A DNA stretch of 20,000 nt from an uncultured virus (IMG/VR IMGVR_UViG_3300002294_000003) (IMGVR_UViG_3300002294_000003:56437-76436); one strand, 5' to 3'. Counted from the first letter of the stretch, positions 10,301 through 16,521 are shown. Numbers and translations are program-made. The notes: generated by a model from the sequence alone, not told the origin.

Positions 10301-10353
10301 GCCTGGGACGTATCGACACCAATTCTAATGTCAGATCTAATATCATCAGCCAT
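1366..10353 (-). CDS. Tape measure protein, 2995 aa, with an internal cargo cassette
   Basis: Very long Ala-rich helical ORF after the tail chaperones. It has a TP901-like TMP core (ADVAQMGLKG...ATRLAVLGEVE...GANALKSGLASLINPT), several Gly/Ala-rich hydrophobic segments, C-terminal coiled coils and a typical TMP end (PAMLTPGEFVV...YEVSVNVQTDANPDQIARAV). RBS GGAGGTG at 10367-10361. Confidence 0.95.
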   Translation of the reverse strand: MADDIRSDIRIGVDTSQAIAEIKQLQRQISQLNTQLIKSGAQQAQSAQNIQRDLIKNINSTGKFAANVRTISTTAESFTTALERNKLSMGEYFRYAGASTKTFGRLFKNEFATIEKVARERVKTLQTQYIKLGRDANGAMKAISVRPLALDMESLATKTALAAQRQQLFNQLLKQGSTNLLNFGKNTQWAGRQLMVGFSIPLAYMGAAAAREFRKIEEQAIRFKRVYGDAFSTQAETDKALENMKQLADEFTKYGIEVNKTLELAADVAQMGLKGADLRAQVTEATRLAVLGEVEQQEAMAATISVTNAFGTAAEDLAEKINFLNAVENETVTAIQDLTIAIPKAGPVVKQLGGDVEDLAFFLTAMKEGGINASEGANALKSGLASLINPTDKAAAMLQGFGINLRQIVEVNKGNVTGIVIDFAKALDTLDPLSRARAIEQLFGKFQFSRLSTLFQNVVKEGTQASKVLALASKDAGELAIIAERELKRVEESPLFKFQKQLEKFQAALAPLGEQFLKAITPLLEFGTDVLKNFNNMSEGAKQFAVIAATVVAGIGPVFLMMFGLIANGAANIIKLFANLARIFTGVGKNSKDLGISTEYMTQQQLEAAAVAASLNQTHSKLIQTFTSEAAAIDKLAISYGKAILQQSRLLGVDPVTGVPLGAGPKARPPKKLARGIVSVPGPKGAGDVVPAMLSPGEAVIPTKQSQKYAGLIQGMIDDNIPGYSVGRNPFAGLLRKNQNNPIGTVLNFILGRGKSLTEYEGMAARRFLRSRPNIAVRMPMDKFSELASTPGQRYKSLFETGFSKAGDTTAKRAQAEAKIFGLPENIDPSMRPVYGYLYKKERGLYDPRLPLRTRLANKLFGRAGSSTRGSELRHIFGSTGSLMNPKTFNYGNIAMLLNKRKVGKRTTFTFGDSYQSRNNEYATPAPFGTLSARKIKGAYTSKDKDFFEAQIMGGFTLKDVRRIVATEPALIPQIQRILQANGLKIPVGMPRFSMMQRLQKLVYGKKMYEERLPFTAKYGPKAGKYTMPPVKIGNRRVWLNNSSSDGLVGTAVKDQTQSKARRDPPLYFDKSTYLTAAHMEQAGVLGQNRQDFERTMRMHLADMRRTGFISQAEERQAQSKLVNLLDTYQTKQKAEVFASYRDKVEFLPKTLNPEFDTTKIPIKEYMKDFSRMPKGLIGSGILTRIPDDANIPNKVLRRYILTYRKSVLSSIKAQMNAGATELTNESMYPAFQAAERKAEMSIKDPGMRRLIQRINMESNFPMTIGYNKAGGSGYSRGSSILKEKSYQKLLQKLRERGDSRLEAIFPGILDKVDKYYVSQSNIQVPRDMKGQIQQYIANMPGGRNQRIATLNQLIEDLRGLTPSQKRDVLNRFISGPVPDIKPKTSLPYPVKTPVERKKVSPKNSFTNIDDITSQAFLRRKGFSVGSLTRMLLPLIGLAGIAQLFGSSGVLKAANGVFSVPGPKGAGDIVPAMLSPGESVIPARQSAKYAPLVQAMINDSVPGYNDGLPPSVAAKMGFRTPADVNIANSQELAKQTAKAGVSENLKKAGAFVSKVAKSTGQRAIAAANNSPVLAAWAAKTFGNDIATTGGRTFEAGTGAEIRTDKRGIQYGYIPGQGRVSVETARTAQANVNQAAAPRMPGAGAGMGLSVLGMGAMAYGMSGQPGSQIAGALSMPLMLAPMLLPMLANPIGKVIAVLALFAGAMFFLQEQLKNARKEGIKTAEAMTMTAEKLQKISEFSGKVTASELAERKREDQLTGQGSIKRQFGQTFLESDIGKQMLADVSNMPGNRASNIANQLSYAVLQGALSQQQAASIGAALSTELKDFSITTKVTGQLAALFGPNGQNLLKDPLEIAIAIQEQSGREQEKSYENAIQKIEDNAAIHGGTIGNLIGGGIMTAAGAVMVATGFLAPLGLAISAAGIGTMVASGINEGVADGIENAKAAAIAIIAGTEQIRQNQGLLDSVESRYNTQIDELEAKKESAKTDKERLEIEDKINSKIIERDNALVKLKGKNDEIYNNLIKQAKQLGPENFQATFEQALDYRAENAPQIVKDQLEIAKSALKGMEDSDFKISLQLGLLSEEFDATTVTNLINLNKESNGEIEKSFKLLVRAEGTAKANQLMQILSSSNLTATEVDVIMNYTMSNKQDFDTDLEAISQIVGMAGEYGLVVKPTVENIEEVGKFIKETENLDTGKPITRKILTQYLKEGEGADGKPLSAKAIEELQYMLDNWDVLTNGTNKLNYQVMVDFLIGNASDAAIQAFYLANNPKEYAKFMEGGPLINTPDGPVGFIDEDERAKMRAYFFGQGSGGDNDDPGEGTPPGGDTGTPENVLKQYADRLKRIRNAAIDTTGTVDELIKRFNILMKPGSATSTLFRGTDQKLLFAGYSKQFIDAVMSMDEATRSKFVSIKNGIIKVTQAGKDLNAAMSEITLGDAQFNIASGVADVRMQMRAMEILTKDYGMSAKEAFEMAKDASLAYAIVTRGTSGEIQDLIKWTETLRQENEKFARSTPEGMQAFLRGELDKVLGALDLADQYFQAQEQAVERDFQDKIDPIAKLIRAAEQDIVNYQDKIDDLNYQLTLIEDQESKINDEYDRKLEALDKIERANDSIAAQQKSQLALADALSQGDISAAARAVQEIRSQAASDSIQSQRNLLEEDRQRRLDALAVSLNGKLLTRKQIEEEIKTLQFEIAKIEEQRLEPNQKLVREYEIQRDLALEAIGENGYLGKTKAEWDKIAIAANKATVESKAFNDSVVAILSSIKGFTFGPDGKLLPFNIEEFKQGLTPPESPSSEEPNTNENPEDSIYTGPSREELRKQLDALYIKIKNAEAYIAKMKKAGKRLEAANATDKLNQYLAEEKALRAQFNAAPMGGSGGGGGGPAQMMMAKGGMVPKYLRMGGLLPYKAEGGSIFKPLGTDTIPAMLTPGEFVVRKYAVDKFGVDRLKAINSGTYKGDSVYNYEVSVNVQTDANPDQIARAVIGQIRQIESQRIRGNRF
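1501..1611 (-). repeat. C-terminal copy of the PAML(S/T)PGE motif in the TMP
   Basis: Encodes GTDTIPAMLTPGEFVVRKYAVDKFGVDRLKAINSGTY, which shares the D-x-[VI]-PAML-[ST]-PGE-x-V-[IV] core with the two internal repeats. Confidence 0.8.
5842..5988 (-). repeat. Internal TMP repeat, copy 2 (49 aa)
   Basis: Encodes GVFSVPGPKGAGDIVPAMLSPGESVIPARQSAKYAPLVQAMINDSVPGY; 36/49 aa identical to the copy at 8182-8328 with no gaps. Confidence 0.95.
7390..8040 (-). other. DUF3626-like domain (putative ADP-ribosyltransferase-like fold) embedded in the TMP
   Basis: Ordered motifs YKSLFETG-x-S, R...E..IFG, RPVYGYL, YG...L...RTTFTFGDS and FFEAQIMGG...KDV match the recalled DUF3626 pattern (YrSQFETG, RPxYGaL, RtTF..DS, YiEAQvHG). 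Recognised by eye. Confidence 0.7.
8182..8328 (-). repeat. Internal TMP repeat, copy 1 (49 aa)
   Basis: Encodes GIVSVPGPKGAGDVVPAMLSPGEAVIPTKQSQKYAGLIQGMIDDNIPGY; lies 2340 nt (780 codons) from copy 2. Confidence 0.95.
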
Positions 10354-10384
10354 TCATCAGCACCTCCTAGTTGCTAAATCATAT

Positions 10385-10696
10385 TTACTTGTTTAATGCA
10401 CCAAAAATAGTTGAGTTTCCAGATGCCTCTTCAACAATCTTATAGACTGTTGGAAGGTCCAAAACCTCTTCTAGTGCCTTGATGTCCTCAGCTAGCTCTG
10501 GTTTAAATTGCTGCATAGCAATCTGGACACACTCTAGCAAAAGATCCATTGACTTCTCATTGTCTTCTGCAACATCCTGGATAGCTTGGAACTTTTTCAA
10601 AAATGGTCTTAGAAGGGAAACCTTCAAAGGCCTAATTGTAATTTCCTGTCCATCTAATAGTTTAATTGTTTTTTCTTCGCTTACGGTAATTGCCAT
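10385..10696 (-). CDS. Tail assembly chaperone, short (gpG-like) form, 103 aa
   Basis: Lies between the major tail gene and the TMP. Strong RBS GGGAGGA at 10710-10704. Paralogous to the N-terminal ~92 aa of the upstream 231-aa gene. Confidence 0.75.
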   Translation of the reverse strand: MAITVSEEKTIKLLDGQEITIRPLKVSLLRPFLKKFQAIQDVAEDNEKSMDLLLECVQIAMQQFKPELAEDIKALEEVLDLPTVYKIVEEASGNSTIFGALNK

Positions 10697-10731
10697 TATT
10701 AATTCCTCCCTAAAGGCTTTTGGCTTTAATA

Positions 10732-10740
10732 ATTATAGCA
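10732..10740 (-). promoter_or_regulatory. Extended -10 promoter TGCTATAAT
   Basis: Perfect TGnTATAAT in the intergenic gap upstream of the short chaperone gene and the TMP. Confidence 0.75.
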
Positions 10741-10746
10741 TAGACA

Positions 10747-11442
10747 CTATGTTTTTTTGGTTAAATCTTCATACCCCAGACCCATACCAATACCAAACCC
10801 AGCCCTTTTGGCAGCATCCCCCTGAAGGGAAATTATGTCATTTGGATCGCTAGTCTTTCCTTTGCTAAACACTTTTGCCTTAAGTTTTTCCCAAGCATTT
10901 GAATCAGACTTTCCTGTTTGCTTATCTAAATCAACTCCTTGTATTGCTGCAAAAAACTTTTTTTCATTATACTCAAGCTCTCTTTTTGTTTCTAAGATAG
11001 ACGTTAGTTCTGGCATCGAAATGCTTGCTTCCATTTCTTCATAATTTTTCCAAATACCAGTTAAAAATACCTCAGCCTCTAGCTTAACAAGATCTAGCCC
11101 AGACCAATCTGCCCCACTACTAATTGCTTGATCTTTAACTTCTTTATTGCTTTCTTTTTGAATTTTTACCCCAGCTGCAATATCAATAATTTTATAAATA
11201 GTCTTTAAATCAATATTATCTTCTAACTCAGATATTGTTTTTATTAATGGATAATACTGTTGCATGCAAAGCCTTGCACATTCAGAAAGAAAAAATATGG
11301 CCTCGTCGTCATCTTTGGCAGTTTTTACAAACTCAAAGGCATCCATAAATTGTCTTAAATATTTAATTTTTAATGGGGATATTTCAATTAGAGTGCCATC
11401 TATTAGCTTGATAATTGCTGTTTCATACACTCTAGTGGCCAT
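10747..11442 (-). CDS. Tail assembly chaperone, long (gpGT-like) in-frame form, ~231 aa
   Basis: Directly after the major tail gene. An N-terminal G-like domain is followed by a helical C-terminal domain (LEAEVFLTGIWKNYEEMEASISMPELTSIL). The likely start is ATG 11442 (MATRV, aligning with MAITV of the paralog), 6 nt after TATAAT. The ORF-track start at 11481 falls inside a terminator hairpin. Confidence 0.7.
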   Translation of the reverse strand: MATRVYETAIIKLIDGTLIEISPLKIKYLRQFMDAFEFVKTAKDDDEAIFFLSECARLCMQQYYPLIKTISELEDNIDLKTIYKIIDIAAGVKIQKESNKEVKDQAISSGADWSGLDLVKLEAEVFLTGIWKNYEEMEASISMPELTSILETKRELEYNEKKFFAAIQGVDLDKQTGKSDSNAWEKLKAKVFSKGKTSDPNDIISLQGDAAKRAGFGIGMGLGYEDLTKKT

Positions 11443-11448
11443 CATACT

Positions 11449-11457
11449 ATTATACCA
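11449..11457 (-). promoter_or_regulatory. Extended -10 promoter TGGTATAAT, likely giving a leaderless mRNA
   Basis: The - strand reads TGGTATAAT-AGTATG-ATG. There is no SD sequence and the ATG sits at the expected transcription start distance. Confidence 0.75.
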
Positions 11458-11495
11458 AAAGTAAACTGCCCCAGCAACCAATTGCTAGGGCAGTT
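11457..11495 (-). terminator. Intrinsic terminator after the major tail gene
   Basis: The - strand reads AACTGCCCTAGCAA-TTGG-TTGCTGGGGCAGTT followed by TACTTTT. Confidence 0.8.
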
Positions 11496-11516
11496 CTATT
11501 AAGTTATAAGCTAGGT

Positions 11517-12140
11517 TTAGCTAGCTGGGATTGTACGGTCCACAATCTTTCCGTATGATGCGTCATCATTTGGAAGCAGACGGAACGAAACTTCAAACAT
11601 TGTAGCTTCGTCACGCTTTGCACCCACTGTTACGCTCTCAATAGAGAGTGCACGGTAAGCAACGTAAACACGCTCAATCTGGTCGGAAGCTGCACAGTCA
11701 CCAGTGCCTGGACCAACTGCAACTAGACCACGCTCTACTGGACATTCACCAATGTCACCTGCGGACAGGTTCATTGTTGGATTTCCTGCAACGGTAGTCA
11801 GGTCAGAGTCCTTTCCAGCTACAGCAAAGAGAAGATTCTCTAGTGTAGATTCTGCAAAGGTAGTATTCAGGTTAACCTGCATACCCTGCTTGTATAGCTT
11901 AGCAACGTCTAGAACCTGGTCAACCTGTACCTCACCAAAGTCAGGCTGGAAGACGATCTCTAGACCGTTCATTGTGTAACCAACGTTGCGGAAGTCAGCA
12001 TCAGCAGATAGCGTTGTCTTGTAAGACACGTCATCTACATATGCTGGCAAGTCGCCGTCGGCTAGCAAACCATCTTCATATGTGAAGAGGGCTGCTGCAC
12101 CAACGATAATGTTGTTACTTGAACCACGTGTATATGCCAT
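11517..12140 (-). CDS. Major tail (tube) protein, ~207 aa
   Basis: Tail-tube motifs (NIIVGAA, FRNVGYTMNGLEIVFQPDFGEVQVDQ, NTTFAESTLENL, FEVSFRLLP). The likely start is ATG 12140 with RBS GAGGTG at 12152-12147. Codon usage is strongly biased and a terminator follows. Confidence 0.9.
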   Translation of the reverse strand: MAYTRGSSNNIIVGAAALFTYEDGLLADGDLPAYVDDVSYKTTLSADADFRNVGYTMNGLEIVFQPDFGEVQVDQVLDVAKLYKQGMQVNLNTTFAESTLENLLFAVAGKDSDLTTVAGNPTMNLSAGDIGECPVERGLVAVGPGTGDCAASDQIERVYVAYRALSIESVTVGAKRDEATMFEVSFRLLPNDDASYGKIVDRTIPAS

Positions 12141-12194
12141 AATTTTCACCTCTTTTTTCTATATGGAATAAGTGGGCGATGTTTCCTCAGCTTA

Positions 12195-12203
12195 ATTATA
12201 CCA
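12195..12203 (-). promoter_or_regulatory. Extended -10 promoter TGGTATAAT
   Basis: Perfect TGnTATAAT in the intergenic gap upstream of the major tail gene. Confidence 0.75.
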
Positions 12204-12208
12204 GTCTT

Positions 12209-12787
12209 TTATCGAATAGCAGTATCGTTATATGAGGAACTTCCTGTAGAATAGCCTTTAGTGTGATAGCAATAGTCAATAATTATCTTGTTTCCAGCAT
12301 AAGTCCTAGCTGTTCCAAAGTCAATAATGTCTCTAGTTTCTTCTAGCTGGTAGATCTTGATATCATGAAAAAATACGGGTAGAAACTCTTCTTTGTATAG
12401 CCCAGTTATTGGGTCATAATCTGGACTGCTCATAATCCACTCGTTAAGGTCTGCTGCTGACTCATCTCCACGATCTAGCAAGTCTTGGACTACCTGAGTT
12501 GCAAAAATAAGAGCTTCTGGATCGCTATGCATTTTGTAAAAATAATAAAGCAACTGCTCATCCTTGATATGAGGGAATGCTCGTCTACGCATTTTAAACA
12601 TTCTGTCATAAACTGCAAAAACATCTGCAGATGCTTCTGGAAATGTTTCAGTTAGGGCCTGCAAGTCTGTTGGGGCTGTTGGGAAAAATCTCATGATTCC
12701 AGCAGTAAACCTCTCTCTGCCAAGAGCTGATGGTATTTTCTGAGACAGATAATCATTAATAAATATAGGTGGGTAAGATATTGCCAT
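12209..12787 (-). CDS. Putative tail terminator / neck protein, ~192 aa
   Basis: Last neck gene before the major tail gene. The likely start is ATG 12787 (MAISYPP), in a TAATG overlap with the upstream stop. Called from synteny. Confidence 0.5.
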   Translation of the reverse strand: MAISYPPIFINDYLSQKIPSALGRERFTAGIMRFFPTAPTDLQALTETFPEASADVFAVYDRMFKMRRRAFPHIKDEQLLYYFYKMHSDPEALIFATQVVQDLLDRGDESAADLNEWIMSSPDYDPITGLYKEEFLPVFFHDIKIYQLEETRDIIDFGTARTYAGNKIIIDYCYHTKGYSTGSSSYNDTAIR

Positions 12788-13455
12788 TATACTAAGCCCG
12801 CCCTCTGAATCCACTTTTGTCCAACATTAATTCCTCTAGATCTTCCGCCTCTTTTACCAGAACTAAAGTTTACACTAAAGTCCCTTGGGTTACGCAAATA
12901 ACTGGCTATTCCAGTAATTTCTAAAAATGATTGTCTAAAGTATCTGCTAAAAAATGAATCAAACACTTTTTTATATTCCCCCTCAACTTCTCCACCAGGA
13001 TTGTCAACTCTAACTGGTTTAGATGTAAATATATCCTCACCGTTTTCCTCAAAAACAAGGACTCTTTGTTTTGGAACAATGGTTACTGGAATGCCATTTT
13101 CCATAATTTCTGCTTTATTATAAAATGGAACTTTTGAGCCATTCTTTACAGATATAGATTGTCTAAATGTAGAATTAAAAGAAAGACCTGCCCCATTTAC
13201 TATATATGATATATCGAACAATCTAGCGTCTGGTGAACCAGTTTGATACCATTCGTATACGTGATGCATTAGCTGTGGATTTACCCTGGCATTAGAATCA
13301 ATATATTGTTTTAAACCCTCTACTGAGATGGCACCAAGCTGTCTTAAAAATGACGGGAAGCCTTGCTTTACTCCGTCAATAAAACCAAACATGTAACCAA
13401 TGGTGTTGTCCATATCTCTCATAAACTGTTTATTATTAATTTTTAAGGCTATCAT
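12787..13455 (-). CDS. Putative neck / tail-completion protein, 222 aa
   Basis: Third gene of the neck cluster, translationally coupled. Contains a 'KAEIMENG...I.PK...LVFE..G...F....V.NPG' segment typical of phage virion morphogenesis proteins. Confidence 0.5.
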   Translation of the reverse strand: MIALKINNKQFMRDMDNTIGYMFGFIDGVKQGFPSFLRQLGAISVEGLKQYIDSNARVNPQLMHHVYEWYQTGSPDARLFDISYIVNGAGLSFNSTFRQSISVKNGSKVPFYNKAEIMENGIPVTIVPKQRVLVFEENGEDIFTSKPVRVDNPGGEVEGEYKKVFDSFFSRYFRQSFLEITGIASYLRNPRDFSVNFSSGKRGGRSRGINVGQKWIQRAGLV

Positions 13456-13904
13456 TATATATCTGCCGCCTGATTTTCTGATCTACGAATGACTATTTTA
13501 TAATATTCAACACTTCCAAATGGACCAACAAAAGGTTGATTTGTTGCAATTTCAAATATAGTAGACTTTCCCTTTCTTGGGCCAGATGTTTCTATGTATA
13601 AAGGATTGCAGTTTTTATCTCTTATGTTTGTAACAATAACATTTGTTATTGCATTGCTGGCCTGTCTGCTTGAGATTCTTAAATCTTCTTTAGTTCTGCC
13701 TAGCATAATGTTATCTTGAGTAAGATCAACGTTTGGCTTTACTTCTTCTTTCCAGGCTGTTCCAGTAGTATTAAAGTTACATGCAATTGTTCTATCTAAA
13801 ATCCAATTTTTCTTAACATTGCCAAGCGGACCCTGCTCAACTATTGGGTAAAATATATCTGCTTCCATTGGAAATGCAAAGTCTGTTTTGTCTCCACATG
13901 CCAT
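13455..13904 (-). CDS. Putative head-closure (stopper) protein, 149 aa
   Basis: Follows the adaptor. The beta-rich pattern (ADIFYPIVEQGPLGNVKKNW...IAC) resembles SPP1 gp16-type stoppers. TAATG overlaps on both sides. Confidence 0.55.
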   Translation of the reverse strand: MACGDKTDFAFPMEADIFYPIVEQGPLGNVKKNWILDRTIACNFNTTGTAWKEEVKPNVDLTQDNIMLGRTKEDLRISSRQASNAITNVIVTNIRDKNCNPLYIETSGPRKGKSTIFEIATNQPFVGPFGSVEYYKIVIRRSENQAADI

Positions 13905-14782
13905 TACAAAACTCCCAATGTCTTAATAGGCCTGCGATACTTTGAAAGTATCTTGTCTACCAGAATATTCCCCGTCCCGTCAAAAACGCCAGCATCAAAC
14001 TTGATCTTAAACTGATCTGTGTTGTAGTCAGATATGTATCTCTTATAGTAGTCTAATCTTCCACAAGAAATGTCTTCTACAAGCAACTCTGTTGCTCTAA
14101 CAATATCTGATGGAATCTTTTTATATCCAAACTCCCCAACAACAAGATAATCAAAGCTTCTTGGAAATCCTCTATAAACAAAATTTAAATCCAGCATGTC
14201 TGAGCCTGCTGCAGGAAGAAGTGTAGGTGCAGACTCGTTTCTATTTATTATTTCTGTTGTTTTTTCCTGAATGCCCAAACCACCCTTGGCAACTTCATAA
14301 TGAATTAAATAATCATTTGGGTTATTTGCATCAAAGATCAGAACATTATTTTCATATAGCTTTAAGAGTTTTTTGATATCTCCCCATACTGGCAAAATAT
14401 CTGCACCAAGGCCAGTTATAGAATAGGATTTCTTTTTATAATAGAATCCGTCTTCAATTATTGAATCAATAATCGCTCTAGCAAGCTCTTCGTTTTTCCT
14501 ATACTCTTCGACATCAGTTGCCGTCTCTCCTTTTGTATTTGGATCAACATACGGCCTAACTACATCTATAATATACTCGTCATCATTGATAGATATTGTG
14601 TATGTATTATCATAAAATGCTGGTAAAGATATTGTTATTTTTGAAGATAAATTAGAGGTGGCTTCTCCATTAGTTATTGAAGAATCCGCCATATCTAAAA
14701 TGGTGTACTCGTACTCAGTGCTTGGAGCACTAACAGTAATTGTTACATCAGTCTCGTATGGCGGAACCCTCAATATTTCCAT
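13904..14782 (-). CDS. Head-tail adaptor with an N-terminal beta-rich extension, 292 aa
   Basis: Adaptor-type motifs ARAIIDSI, G-Y...IPSDIVRATELLV and C-terminal TGNILVDKILSKYR. First neck gene after the capsid region. Confidence 0.7.
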   Translation of the reverse strand: MEILRVPPYETDVTITVSAPSTEYEYTILDMADSSITNGEATSNLSSKITISLPAFYDNTYTISINDDEYIIDVVRPYVDPNTKGETATDVEEYRKNEELARAIIDSIIEDGFYYKKKSYSITGLGADILPVWGDIKKLLKLYENNVLIFDANNPNDYLIHYEVAKGGLGIQEKTTEIINRNESAPTLLPAAGSDMLDLNFVYRGFPRSFDYLVVGEFGYKKIPSDIVRATELLVEDISCGRLDYYKRYISDYNTDQFKIKFDAGVFDGTGNILVDKILSKYRRPIKTLGVL

Positions 14783-15271
14783 TTATTTGTTAAACTCCTG
14801 AGCAACTTCTTGTGGTGTTGCAAGTCTTGTGTGATTACGAGTAAGCCACTTTTCTGCCTGCTCTGGAGTTACCAAGTTATAACCCCTATAAACCTTTCCA
14901 ACCCCACTCCAAGTTACATTTTTGGTTGAGTGAATAGCAACCTTTTCAACTTTAGTCTCTTCCTTCTTTGCCGAAGCCTTTGGCTTCTTGGCTACTTTAC
15001 CAGTACCAATAACTCCATTTTCAACAGCGGTAATTCCTTGAACAGTGCCATCACCAACTACAGGATTTTGAACCTTATTGGTAATTACATTTTCTGGCTC
15101 TGCAACTGTCTCAGCTGCCTTTTCTGCTTCTTTAACTGCCTCAGCATATTTCTCAGTCAAGCTTTCATCAATGAATGCCTGGAATGATTCGGCTGTTTCT
15201 TTTGAGATAAGAGGCTCTCCTGGCTCCAGTACAGCAGGAATAATTTCTTCATCCTTGTTTTCTTCTGACAT
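14783..15271 (-). CDS. Hypothetical protein after the capsid gene, 162 aa (acidic low-complexity N-half, small C-terminal domain)
   Basis: RBS GGAGA and its own promoter. The C-terminal domain reads VAIHSTKNVTWSGVGKVYRGYNLVT...WLTRNHTRLATPQEV. Confidence 0.8.
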   Translation of the reverse strand: MSEENKDEEIIPAVLEPGEPLISKETAESFQAFIDESLTEKYAEAVKEAEKAAETVAEPENVITNKVQNPVVGDGTVQGITAVENGVIGTGKVAKKPKASAKKEETKVEKVAIHSTKNVTWSGVGKVYRGYNLVTPEQAEKWLTRNHTRLATPQEVAQEFNK

Positions 15272-15294
15272 ATATTCTCCCTATATTTACTTTA

Positions 15295-15303
15295 ATTATA
15301 ACA
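15295..15303 (-). promoter_or_regulatory. Extended -10 promoter TGTTATAAT
   Basis: Perfect TGnTATAAT immediately after the capsid terminator. Confidence 0.75.
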
Positions 15304-15307
15304 GATT

Positions 15308-15347
15308 AATGAATAAGAGGGCAGGAGCTAGATGCCCCTGCCCCCTC
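15308..15347 (-). terminator. Intrinsic terminator after the major capsid gene
   Basis: The - strand reads GGGGGCAGGGGC-ATCTA-GCTCCTGCCCTC followed by TTATTCATT (12-bp stem with two G-U pairs). Confidence 0.8.
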
Positions 15348-15363
15348 AATTTGTTTCTATATT

Positions 15364-16494
15364 TTAGCTGTCAGCAGCTGCGTCAGCGAACGCAATAGCG
15401 TCCTCTTCTTCCCACTGTACACCAAAACGAACGAATACTGTGTATTCAATTGTGTCCTTCTTTGGCTGGTACATGCGGTTTACAGTGATGTCTCTCTGGA
15501 ATCCCCAAACACGGTTGGCTGGGAATGTGAGGTCAATGTAACCATCTGGGTAGTAAGGAACTTCCTGAACGTCAATTCCTAGAACACGGGTAGTGCGAGC
15601 ACCACCAAATGTCTGGCCCTGTCCATCTAGGTAAGCCTGGGTATTAGCCTGGGTGTTACCATTCTTTCCAAGAGCCTCAGCAATTGCGTCAGATAGTGTA
15701 CCGTTGTTCTTAACGATACCCTGGAATGCGTCAGTACCTGCGTAGAACTTCAGGTTTGACTTGATTGCACGGTACTTACGTGGCATAGCAAGAATAATTT
15801 CCTGCATAACCTCTGGTGTCCATGCGTTGTCAGCGACTGTTACTACAGCCTCGTGAGCATCTCCGTTGGTCTTTACCTTGTTGACGAAACCGTTCATAAT
15901 TGAAAGGAATGCGTCTGAGCCAGTGCCTGTACCATTGATTGCTAGGTCTTCAATGTCATTTGCAAATGCATTTGTCATCAAACGAACTAGGTGATCTTCT
16001 AGTGCAGCCCCCTCAATACCGTCTTCAAGAGCCTCAGCTGAGACTTCCCAGTCAAGACGGATCTTCTTGGTTGATAGCTCAACCTTAGAGAACTGAGCAC
16101 CAGTGTTTTCGTAGTTACCTACAGCCTGGGCTGCAGCACGAATTACACGCTCACCAACGTTAACCTTCTCAAGTTCCATGGTGTTAGCTCGCATAGTTAC
16201 ACGGCGACCATCCTTGGCGAGTACAGTTGCATCCCATACGTAGTCAATAAACCTACGTGCCTGTTCAGGGCGTAGAATACCACTGCCTGCATCACCCGAA
16301 GGATTTACGGCGTTTGGTCCAGTTGTTAGACCATATTCAGCGTTAGGAATGTTACCCAGTGTGTTGGGACCTGGATCTGTTACTCCACCAATACCACCAG
16401 ATGCAAATGCACCCTGACCTTGGAAAGTACCAGGAGCAGTGCCACCTAGTTCACCAGACTCACCTGGCTGATTCTTAATAATCTCTTCCGACAT
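15364..16494 (-). CDS. Major capsid protein (HK97 fold), 376 aa
   Basis: Motifs GILRPEQARRFID, ELSTKKIRLDWEVSAEALED and AFANDIEDLAINGTG. Follows the protease gene, has RBS AGGAGGTG, strong codon bias and a downstream terminator. Confidence 0.93.
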   Translation of the reverse strand: MSEEIIKNQPGESGELGGTAPGTFQGQGAFASGGIGGVTDPGPNTLGNIPNAEYGLTTGPNAVNPSGDAGSGILRPEQARRFIDYVWDATVLAKDGRRVTMRANTMELEKVNVGERVIRAAAQAVGNYENTGAQFSKVELSTKKIRLDWEVSAEALEDGIEGAALEDHLVRLMTNAFANDIEDLAINGTGTGSDAFLSIMNGFVNKVKTNGDAHEAVVTVADNAWTPEVMQEIILAMPRKYRAIKSNLKFYAGTDAFQGIVKNNGTLSDAIAEALGKNGNTQANTQAYLDGQGQTFGGARTTRVLGIDVQEVPYYPDGYIDLTFPANRVWGFQRDITVNRMYQPKKDTIEYTVFVRFGVQWEEEDAIAFADAAADS

Positions 16495-16521
16495 ATTGTC
16501 ACCTCCTAAGTGATTTTTGTC

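Noticed and set aside
11443..12814. ORF-track starts at 11481, 12149 and 12814
   Set aside because: They fall in a terminator, in the RBS and inside the upstream gene respectively; starts at 11442, 12140 and 12787 are better supported.
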